Assembly (NCBI GenBank): GCA_002633005.1
Contig: NMRA01000426.1
Coordinates: 206,506-270,505, forward strand
Length of the DNA: 64,000 nt
Origin: Phoronis australis
Taxonomy: Eukaryota; Animalia; Phoronida
Direction of reading: 5' to 3'
Below are positions 49,701 to 61,700 of this stretch, piece by piece. The first letter of the stretch is position 1, and each line of letters opens with the position of its first letter. Position numbers and translations under genes: made by a program. Below the pieces are notes generated by a model. The model searched no databases and was not told the origin of the DNA. It saw only the letters and a list, made by a program, of their open reading frames with translations.

Positions 49701-52700
49701 GGATGACGCTAAAGTACGTGTTTTGTGTCTGTTAAATTCACCAGTTGTTATTGTCCAAGGTCCTCCTGTCCATTTGCCAATTATTCATAACGAGAAGTCG
49801 CCAAGTCGAGAAAAACAATGTCAACTCTTTTACTAGGTGCAGTTTAAATAGCAATTTCTGAGAGTACCAATGGGTTGTTCTACATCGACCGTCACAAATT
49901 TCTTGAAGCTTTGGGCTGCCCCTTACGGTGGCTCAAAGATGTTATCAAGCGTTGAAATCAGAACTTAATTATGCTGAGATCTCGAGATAACTACTTAATT
50001 ATCTCGGGATCTCGCGATAACTTTCCTGTGTGGCGCTGTACGTAAAGAGTCTTCTGGTGCGTCACATTGCAACACTATATAAAAATATCTTTTAAACAAT
50101 TTCCAATGAGAGTGCCATCTCGCAACGTCTAGTACAGAGTTATTCATTTCCTTTGCGTGGGAATTTCCAGAAAAATCACTGAATTCATGATACTTGAAAT
50201 ACGCGGGAAGGAAAAACTGTGGTAACCAAAGAGTTTCTACTGTCTCTCCCACTTATGGCAAATGGGCGCATGCGCTCACCGTCAGAGGACACATTTTCTA
50301 TATAAGGTAAATGTGCTATGCCTATGCCTTGTCATACCAAATATGGAGATGTGCTTTGTCTTGTGGGAGAATAATCGATGAAGTGGCGAACAATTGAGAG
50401 ATCGTTTGTTGAAGCTTGAAACTAAGAAAATGCTTTGATGTAAACAGAAATTGAAAATCACACGGTAAAAATACCTGGTGAGCAGGTTGAGTTGTTTCGG
50501 TTGCAGAAAACCACTTTCAATATTGCAATTTAGTCTGTTTATCGTGTTCCAGGTCTCTTTAAGTATTGGCTTTTCAGAAATTGAGAATTTTTGCGAATTT
50601 TCAACGGGCTGGTTTCGGCAATTTCTAATGAGAAAGCGAGCAAATGATGTAGCATGTGAATGTCGAACCAGTGTGATTTGATAGAATTGGTCTAGTTTAG
50701 TACGGTGCATAAACTCAAAGGTTTGGTCGCTTGTCCGCTTAGTGGGTGACATGTACTCTTACTGAGTATAGCTTGCATACTGCATACTCAGATACAGCAA
50801 TTACAAAACAGTTTTATGAACAAATGCACCACATACATCACGATTTGTACACGTTAAGTGGGTTCGAAGGTACTTTTTAATTAAGAGGGTTTTGGGAGTA
50901 TCGAAAGCCCAAAAAGAGGGGATGGGGGAGCATTATCCCATCTCCTTCTGTTAACTTTAGGTATTTTTCTGTGTTGTCTGGTAACAGCAGTCACTTCAAA
51001 TTGGTAGTGATGGGTTAGTGGCGCGAGGGGATAGGGCAGTAGGGCGAGGGGATGGGGCAGTAGGGCGAGGGGATGGGGCAAAAGTGAAAATGGTGATGAC
51101 TGTGGAGGTTCCAGGGGGCGACTTTGGTCCTTTATTATATTACAAAATGCGATTATACTCATACAGCGAGGCGGGTGTGTATAACAGATTAGTCCCTCAA
51201 TACACTATATCAATGTGTAGCACGTAACTAGACGACCTAGAACATTTACCATTCAAACAGGCTTGAGTACGCGTTATGAAATGATCTCTTGTGTGATATT
51301 TTCTTCTTGTGTAGTTATTTCAGCTACAATATGCTTTAGCCATTTATTTATGGATTTTCTGGATTAGTGCGAACCCAAGAAGCTGCCTTTGTTAAATAAT
51401 TCTCATATAACTGGCGTGAAAATACAAAATGTCCCCTTGCATAAAATGTCTTACTTCCATTCATTTGAACATGACCCTGTAGGTATTCATTATGGCCCTT
51501 ACGCCTGCATTCAAAGATTTGCAGGTAGTGCATTCTTTACAGGATAGTAAATCCTTGATACAGAGGTTGGAGATAGTGTTGTGGCGAGAGCTAGTAATAT
51601 GTAAAAATGCTAGAGGATGCAATTATAAATTCAATGACCGTGGTCTTTTTTCAATTTGTGAAACTGGTATTTTTTAGAAACTGCACATCGCGCTGTCACG
51701 CAGTTAAGTATTTTATCAATATTCGAAGCTGCCCCCTTGACTTGAGCAAAACAGGTGATTCTGTAAATTTCAACCCTGATGGTAACATTAACTAAAAGTA
51801 AAAACATTTTGTATAATTTCCTTCTTTTCACAGCATAATAAACGCATGTCACGACATAAAGTACTGAACAAATCAAAATGTATGAAGAGAAGACATCTAG
51901 AAAGAATTGCGGGTCTTGAAACACTTGCACAATCGAGTCTTCGACAACTAATGACAGAACTTCCCAGTAAAAGGGTCTTAACTTAGGTCTTCCATAACTT
52001 CATGTAATAGTTCGCATTTTAAGATTTATACCTTCACCGTTTGTTCGAGAAAAGAAGCCACTGATCTGGGCCTTTGTTAGCAAGTCATCTCATTTACAAC
52101 TTTTTCTGACCGTGCTCCGTTTGCTCCATTTCTTTAGCCACGGCTGCAGGGATACAATTGACACCAATTCTTTGCCCAGATGCAAACTTTCCGTCAAGAA
52201 CGTTATCACGTCATGAGCAAATCTGGAGCTCCGTTTGTCTTTGCATATTACCGACTCAGACTCAATTTTCTTAGAAGTGGACCCTGGCCTCTTCATAAGA
52301 AACCGATTAAAGTGCCAACGTTCCAAATGCATTGGGGGAAGACACCCACTGTCTTGCCATGTCATCAAATGCAGCTTCCCTCACTAGATCACTCGTGTTT
52401 CTGCCAATTTCCAAAGGGAAATTTATTTCACCGAGGAAGTAAATTATCTTATGCGTCGGTGCACCGAGCAATATACCAAACACACCCACTCTGGCCAGGA
52501 TGAGTCCATAATCAAAAACTGATTCACTCACATTACGAGTAAATCGTAAATGCTACGCTCCACTCCATATGCAACTCCCAACGTTGATAAAGACTCAATA
52601 TCTTCGTGCGAGCATTTTTATAGAGAATACCTTTTAAAGCTGCACACCACGGCAGCCATATTTCCGTGAGCAAGAAGTTCTACTACTGTAGCGCCACAAG

Positions 52701-55700
52701 GTGTCACTTGCTCAAATTACCCTCTGCGTTCAGAGTCTGATGACAACCCTGATACAACCAACCTGTTTGAGGGCAAAAAATGTAATCAAGACATTACGAC
52801 TGCCAATTAAAAGCCTTCAATCACTCTTTGTATTTTTATTACTGAACACAATTGACACTTAACAAACAAAAATGCGCATTTTCAGTTGAAATCCAATGCA
52901 TAAAATTAGAAGACCAGATTTTTTACCTTTATTGTAGTAACTTTTGTTCATCGTCTGCAAATTTCAAGAGTTAATTTTACAGCTTGCTATATCATTATTA
53001 GTAACTTAGTTTGAGTTTGGGTACTTAAGGGGTGATACGAGAAAAAGAGTGCCCCCACGAAAGGGTCTTTTTGGACTGGGGTATGAACGTTATAGATGTT
53101 CACACAACATTGAATAACAGTACCTAATCTACACGATTCCTCTTACCAAAAGACGTCATTTTACGTAGATTTTTGCATGTTTCAAGTGAAAATTTCAAGG
53201 GTATAAAAAGTATGAGTATATTACGATGGTAAGTGACATTTGAGGATATGAATCCTCTAAAGTAAAATTCCAGCCAACTCTGCGACGGGTTATGACGGGT
53301 TATGTAGCATATTTCTCTGATTCCATAGATTCTATCAGAAATTGCTGCTTAAGTTTCTGAAAGAAAACATTTCTCAGCGACTTTTTGAACAAGCCTTTGA
53401 AGCGGGTGACAAACCTGCTTCGTGAAGGCAATGAAGCATGATTTCACTTCATGGATACCCGAGCACCTTGTACCGTACAATAATGCGTGTCTGTACCTCT
53501 TGTAAACGATAAGAAATCGACAGGTAAAGTGTGCTGCCAGTTGGTGATCTCCACGCGCGTTCTGTCTCTCTCTCTCAGGTGGGCGTGACCCGCGTCCTTA
53601 GTAACATTGCCTCCCAGGCCGTTGTACCGGCTGGTCTGGCCTTTTCGGAGCGCTTCTCACCCGGAAAAGACTGCACTAGAACAAACTGTATTGCCCAGTA
53701 TAAAGGAACATCGGTAATCATTCAGAGACTCTACATGACCGACTTCATTCTCAAGCGGCATCATCAAATTGAGCTGAAGGAGGCAAGTCGTCATTGGTAT
53801 ATCTTCTTACTATACACTGTGTATCCATTCATACATTCATACATTCTAGTGCCTACTCTACCCTGCCTATTCATAGATAGATCGTCCTCTATTTGTAGTA
53901 AAGTCACGTACAAACTTTGACAACCAAAATTCTTTGAATAGACAGCTTTGTAGTTTTTGAAGTCGTTTCAACATAGTGGCATCTCGTTTAACGACGTAAT
54001 GGCCATTTCTGGCTGTCAAAGTATTTTAATATCTTGTCATGTAGCCAGTCATAGGGGATTGCTTTTTTCTTTTATGAATTATTTCTTCAAAAAGACAAGC
54101 ATACTGTAATATCTTTATTCCAAAACAGTTCTTTTACTTGTCATAGCATAAGTACATCCAAACGGATGAAAAAAGCTGTTATTGTTTAAGTTATGGGGTT
54201 AGGGTAGGCGGTTTTCCGGAGCCAAGTTTCTTCCAGATGCCAAAAAAGCCGTTTTGAGATTCGTAACCTCTGTCTGGATCAAGGTGTTGCTCCTCGTTCA
54301 TTTGCGCGCGGCAAACATCTTATATGGAGTATAACGTTTTCCTTGCAAAGTTATACCGTAATCTCTGGTTAGCCCCAAGGCGCATATGCGTGACGCATGC
54401 CAACTGCTATCCCGCTGAGGGATAGGGTTGGGCAACTCAAGTACTGACGTCATCGGAGGCCGCCAATACCAGTGGGTAATTTAAACGTTAGTCACAACGG
54501 CCGATTTAGTAGCTTGTAACAGGATATGGAAGATTTGCGTTATCATTTGGCGTTTGCAAACCGTTAGACACCCGTTTTGCTGTACGCCTCCATGGGCAAC
54601 TTTTCGGAAAAAGTCACCCATATGAAAACGTATAAAACTGTTATATTAGTAGCGAGAGTCATCTTAATATATTGATTTCATTTCAGCTGCGGGAGATAAG
54701 TCACGACAACTTGAACCAGTTCATCGGTGCATGTCTCGATCCTCCCGATATGTGTCTTATGTATGTCTACTGTCCGAAAGGAAGTCTAATGGTAGGCCTG
54801 TATAACAGATTATTTTGTGCCTTAGAGTTCTGCAAATTAAGCCGGAAGGTGGACCTGTATAACATACTTTATTTCTTGTCATAGAGCTCAACATATTAAA
54901 CCTGCATGTGGTTTTCTTCTTAACCGAAGATTTTCAATGTTCAAAGCATTGGGATTGTTCTAAAACCCCCTCGACCCACGACCTCCTTGACCCACAACCC
55001 CCACGACCCGTACCAATAGATGTATCCTTGCGCTTTTTACCCAGTTCATAATCATGTTACGTCGCTGAACTACTTTCCCATAAGGCAGCTGGTTAAAAAC
55101 AGAAAGTGGCGTGAGAAAATCATCTGATGTAGCGAATTGTTAGCGTGCTATCTTTGCCACGGAAGCACGTGTAGTTTTACGTGCGGCTACCAATGGCCCT
55201 GTTCTGCTAAACTTAGGAAGAGAGTACGTTGAGGTGCATGGACGCATTTTCATATTTTTATTTATTGCTTCCCGTTGTATATTCGTTTACAATGGACGTC
55301 ATGAGATACTCTTTAGTTAACAGTTTGTTTTAGTGTATTTACTGAAGACATTATACATTCGTTAATTGGTTCCTCGCACTCTCCCAAAAAGCTTGAATCT
55401 GCCATTCACTGAAGAGCAGACGAGACGATTTCACTTTGGCTGGAACGACATTTGTAACGTTGATAGGTCTTTGATTTGATTAGGTCGCGTTGCTTGGTTC
55501 TGTTTTTGGCTTTCAAACTTGCCGAATCGCTGCAGGTGAGCAATCGTCTGATTGCAAACAAATAGGGAAAAGCTAGCCGAGCTCACGACCCGATTCGTTG
55601 GTCTTGCAAGTCAGCGCTTACTCTATGTTTATATGGCGTCGAGCTTGTGTAGACTGGGTCGAGGGGGTTGTGGCACGTGACATCTGCCAGCGAACAACTC

Positions 55701-58700
55701 CTAAGAGCAGGATCTCTAAAGTGCCTTCGTGTGAGATGCCATTTTTGGAAGAATCATTCCAGGGCATCGCTTTTGATTTGATTTGTCCTGTATCGCCAAT
55801 CACAGACCGAGGAAACAGGTACATTCTCACCATCGGGGACTACCGTTATAACGAGAGTAAAATGACTTATCCGGTTTTCGTTTTTACGTCGTAAGAATTA
55901 AACGCAGATTGTCACGTGATCATTTACGTCATGAATCAGTCACTAGGCCAACTTGGATCATTAGTTTTTGATGCATTCATAGACATGGCCATTGCTTTGT
56001 TGCGTAACTGGTCTATTTTTGAATGCAATCCCCTGCCCACTACTGAACCGCCAACCTAAAGAAAACTGACGACGTCCCGACGTGTTTTAAACGTGTTCTT
56101 ATCGGTAACAGAAAACAACTCCACCTAAGCTCGGAGAAATCCGCAATCGTCTCGTTAGATAAATAATTACCCCACGTAGCTCTGCAGAGTAACATTGTTC
56201 GACCCCCTCTGTGAGCACGTATTGTAACATTTAGAAATAATAACGAGATAATTCTGTTCGCAGGTAATTTTGCTCAATTTTGAGATTGCTCTTGATTGGT
56301 CCTTCAAGCGCTCATTAATCGACGATTTGGCAGCAGTAAGTAAAGTTTGTCACAGTTAGCATAACGATTTGTTGAAATGGATCTCTTAGTGGTTCACCTC
56401 CATCAGGCGTACGTACCGCTAATTGATAATCAAAAAGTTGGATAAAATGGGCTTTGACGTGCTCAAACTTGGGAACTTAACTCAGAAATGGATGATTGGA
56501 TTCATATGTCACTTTCAGATACCATGCTTTCTACAGTTTTCTGAAACTCTGTAAGGAATTGTTTTTAAACATTCCACTTTTCCATGAGAGGTCAACAAAA
56601 AGGACTTTTAATGACGAAATGAACAAACCTAAAACGACATGATCATTTAGAAAACTGTAACATCGTTTTTGAGATTTCATACAGACTATTTCTATCAAAA
56701 GAATTTTGGCCATATCATGGATACCGTTAGGCCTATACTATTTTTTCGTTACATAAAAATCATGCGACTCAATTAATGGCAAATTCTCTAGGCTTTTCAC
56801 TTACATAAAATATATACATTTAGCGACTGAAGTTAAATCTATACTGGCAAATTCTCTAGGCTTTTCACTTACACAAAATATACACATTTAGCGACTGAAG
56901 TTAAATATATAATGGCAAATTCTCTAGGCTTTTCGCTTACATAAAATATATACATTTAGCGACTGAAGTTAAATCTATACTGGCAAATTCTCTAGGCTTT
57001 TCACTTACATGAAATATACACATTTAGCGACTGAAGTTAAATCTATAATGCCAAATTCTCTAGGCTTTTCGCTTACATAAAATATATACATTTAGCGACT
57101 GAAGTTAAATCTATACTGGCAAATTCTCTAGGCTTTTCACTTACATAAAATATACACATTTAGCGACTGAAGTTAAATCTATACTGGCAAATTCTCTAGG
57201 CTTTTCACTTACATAAAATATATACATTTAGCGACTGAAGTTAAATCTATACTGGCAAATTCTCTAGGCTTTTCACTTACATAAAATATATACATTTAGC
57301 GACTGAAGTTAAATCTATACTGGCAAATTCTCTAGGCTTTTCACTTACATAAAATATACACATTTAGCGAGTAGATATTTGTTTAAATGCACAGAATTCT
57401 TGAGGTCATGCATAGACCTAATTCACGCCCACAGGAGGCGCGTTCCAATACGAGGCTCCCTACGATAGCTCTGTTGGCTTATCGGCATACTGGTTGTATT
57501 TCACGTTGCTCGAAGGGCTAGATAAAATGCGTACACTCAACTGCCTGTTTTACAATCCCTAAGGAGTTTGAGATTCGGAAGCTTAGGGTCGTTGCCATGC
57601 GCTGCTACGAAGGAAAATATGTCCGTGTAAAATTTATAAATGTTTTCGAAAAGTTAGATCATATTTTGTTCCATCTCGGTTGCCGAGCATCATAGCAACA
57701 ACCGGAGAATCTTCGGCAAGCCAGGCTTTTTTCATGACTGCGGGTTGAAAGATGATGCATTTTTCTCAGGGCATTCAATCCCTCGATACTGGAGACGAAT
57801 ATCGGCCCTATACCCCTCTCAAAAATATTGAAAAATCCTCCAAAATTCCCCCCACGAGGCCTAAAAATTCCCCTAGTGATTGAAAATTTCTCTCCGAATT
57901 TCTAATTACCTGTAACCACACAGGTGACAATTTGAAAGAGCACAAATGATACTTGAGACCGAGCCTATGAGAGCTTGTAACAAAGTGGGGGTGCTATTGA
58001 TGATGATCGGGAGGTAGATTTTTCCCCTCTTGGCGAAAAAAATCCAGTCTCGTGCAGTCAGAAGGCACAGGCACCTTTCCGCTGAAGAAACATAATAACT
58101 ATGCTTGCTATGTCCAGTAAACTGAAGCTGAGCTCTTAAACGAGGTTATGCTTTGGATGAACGAATTAGTTGTTTTAATTTTAAAATTCAACTTGGTCCA
58201 AATTGATATTTGAATCATAACACATGAAATAGACGTAAGAATTATTAAAACCAAGAAAGTAGAATTTATGGTAAAAAAATTCTTATTTTCAATTATGAGC
58301 CTGGTGTTTCAGTTTAATAAAAAGATATGTAATAACATCAATTATTCTTTCAGATCAATAACAAACCAACTGTTAGTCCCGGTAGTCCCTATCTGACCAG
58401 TGCCTTGGCTATGCTTGATCAACAAATTAAACCTGATGAGACTAATTGCATATGACAGCAAAATGCGACGAGCCACTACTGTCGAATATATCTTAAACAA
58501 TACGAGCAGATGACCTGGTTCCTGTAGAAAGCATTTTATCAACAATTAACAAGAAACGTAACCCTGCATTCAGCATCATAGCTAGTTATCCGTAACACTA
58601 CGATCGCCGCAATTTGGTCATATTTACTTTTCATGTTTCGAACCTAGTTTCCGAAAAAAAAATTATACCTTTTTGTCAGACAACTCTTTGGTGCATTGAC

Positions 58701-61700
58701 TTCTCTAGTGTATTTTTCTACGTCTCTGTGGTTAATTATCGACACATTTTTTAGACAATATCCAGGTTGGACTCGAAAGACCGGCCATTTAACTCAAGCA
58801 ATGTCAACTTCCGCTTTGTTTATCGCAGGGAGCCTCGCTTTGGATTTTAATGTCCGCCGTGTGAATTAGGTATATAACCACAAAAGATCAATGGCAATGC
58901 GACCCACGCGACAATTTATGTAACCGATAGGTATTTTTAGCGTTTATAGATTCTTGAAAGATCAAACGTTTTCACCAGATTATTCTAAATTGATTGCAAG
59001 TACAATATAGGACCACCCGCGTGGGCCACTTATATGCACAACATGGCACCAGTCGTAAGCGATTAGGCCAAAATATACATTAGAATGTAGAATTTTTAGA
59101 AGTTTTATACATCAACAAAAATCAAGGTTAAGTTGACCCTGCAGGCATGTTTAGTGTTGTTGTTTACCTCGGTGCCTGATTCAAACAAAATAATTCTCAT
59201 GGTCGAATCTCACTAATTTTGAACGAAAATAATTGTCAAAATTGGTCTTTTTCAATATTTAAAAGATTCTAGCATTGTTTTGAATGTCGATACTGTCTCA
59301 AAAGATTGTTCGGTGGTAGCTGTGAGCTTATGTAGAGCCTTATCGACAAGTCTGTATTTAGTCAAATATCTAGGAAACGTTTTGCCCTTTGGTGCTTATT
59401 TCTCCCAATAATGGTCAAATGAGTTGATTCTTACCCTAACAGGGTTTATCCTTCCTACAAAATGAGACATTAATCAAGTCTCATGGGAAGCTGAAGAGTA
59501 CAAACTGCGTTGTTGACAATCGATGGCTTTTGAAAATCAGTGACCATGGAATCCCTGAACTGCGAGCTTTTAGGAGGTCGCCAGAAGTCGAGAAAGACTG
59601 TGACGCAGGTAAGACAATGATATAATGACCTTTTATTGCTGTTGTAATAACGGCATTTTGCTATAAGACCGAACTTAACTACGGTCTCAGCGGAGCGTCG
59701 ACGTAAACTGCGAAGTTAATCGGTTCTTACCGGCTTCGGCAGTTGACGAACATCGACTAAGTGACGCTGTCATTGACGTAATCGCAAAGTAGCGCTGCGC
59801 GCTAAAGTGTTTTTAATGTGATAATTTGGGAACATTCACGTGCTAATCGACATAAAATTTATTTTTAATTCGATTGGCGATTATTTGAGAAAACTATTAG
59901 TGACGACACTTAACCCTTTAATTTCTGGCGATAACAGTGGCACCTGGCCTTAACATCGATGGGACCGAAGTTGAACGTTTATACTGCACCGCAGCATCGA
60001 CGCTCCGCTGTTAAATCCATCTGTTTACTGCGAAGTTAACTGGCGCTGTTAAGTTCGATCCAGGACTAAAGTTAAGCTTTCATACCGACCACAACTCCCC
60101 AAAAACATCGACGCGTCGACGTTTGTATGGAAGGCCCGACAGACTCAGCAACTTCAAACACGATAAAAAGTCAACGTCGACAAAACAACAAACAAGTATT
60201 CGTAGTCATAGAAATTACTCCGCACTCAGTCCATAAATTACTCCTCACTCAGCCAATGAATAATTCCGCAATCGACCCTCCCCAGACCCTCCCCGTGACA
60301 GCAGAATGCACCAGCATATCCCCAATGATCCTGTCAGTGACAGGTATTACAGGTATTATTTCCGCAATCGACCCACAAATTACTCCTCACACCCCAAAAA
60401 TTACTCCTCACTCATTCCATAAATTACTTTTCACTCCACCCATAAGTTAGTCTTCACTCAGCCCGGATTACTCTTCAGTCAGCCCATAACTTACTGCTTA
60501 CTCCGCCCATAAATTACTCTTCACCCAGCCAATAAATTATTCCGCACTCAGGCCGTAAATTACTCTTCACTCGGCCCATAAAATACTCTTCACTCAGCCC
60601 ACAAGTTACTCCTCACGCAGCGCATATATTACTCATGCACAGCCTACAAATTACTCATGCACAGCCTACAAGTTACTCATCGCACAGCCTACAAATTACT
60701 CATCGCACAGCCTACAAATTACTCATCGCACAGCCTACAAATTACTCATCACACAGCCTACAAGTTACTCATCGCACAGCCTACAAATTACTCATCGCAC
60801 AGCCTACAAATTACTCATCGCACAGTCTACAAGTTACTCATCGCACAGCCTACAAATTACTCATCGCACAGTCTACAAGTTACTCATCGCACAGCCTATA
60901 AATTATTCCACACGCAACTCACAAATTAATACCCAGGCAGCCTTTAAATTACTCTACACTCAGCCCTCAAAATCGTATAGCGAACTTTTTAAAAACAATT
61001 ATTTGGCAACGGTCTAAATTGGTTTTGTATAAGAATTAATTGTGTTTCATTGTAAGTTCTTGTCTGTTTTTATTAACAAAATGATCTGCAGCTATCGGGA
61101 TGAATGGCTGAACCTGTTAAATCTCTATCAATTTAGTTAAATTTACTGTTGGTCTAATTAGAGGGGTGAATGAGGTTGTACATTGTATGCTTCCGCTGCG
61201 CTATCACAAGAACAACCATTCATTTAGACTGATCGCCATGGTGAAATTAGTCTCAAATTGTTTGTAGTCAAATTTACAGTCATTGAGAGATCTGAAAGTC
61301 CGTGATTGGACGAGGCCTTGTTAATTTATGCGCCGAGCATGCCCATAGAGAATAATGACCTAATAAATCTTTGCAAAACACAGAGATCACTTGATGTCTG
61401 AGGAACAAGTTGATATTACTGTAGTAAGTGATCTAAATCTAAAGTTTGCTTCTTGACGTCACGCCAGTTTACAGCACTTTGATATTCTCAATGGGTGGGG
61501 CAACAAGTGTGTGGACACGATGATACACGACAAATAGACCTTATTAAAGGTAAATCCGTCTGCACCTCTCACAATTGTTCACGACACATCTTTAACACGA
61601 CTCTAGATTTTGTGTATCGTGTTCCAGCATAGTCGGTGGAACAACTGTCGATTTTGGTGATCTTGACTTCATTATCAAGGTCGCAACGAGAAAATCAAGT

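Noticed and set aside
56777-57370. CRISPR-like regular repeat
   Set aside because: Pure head-to-tail 68-bp tandem repeat without spacers
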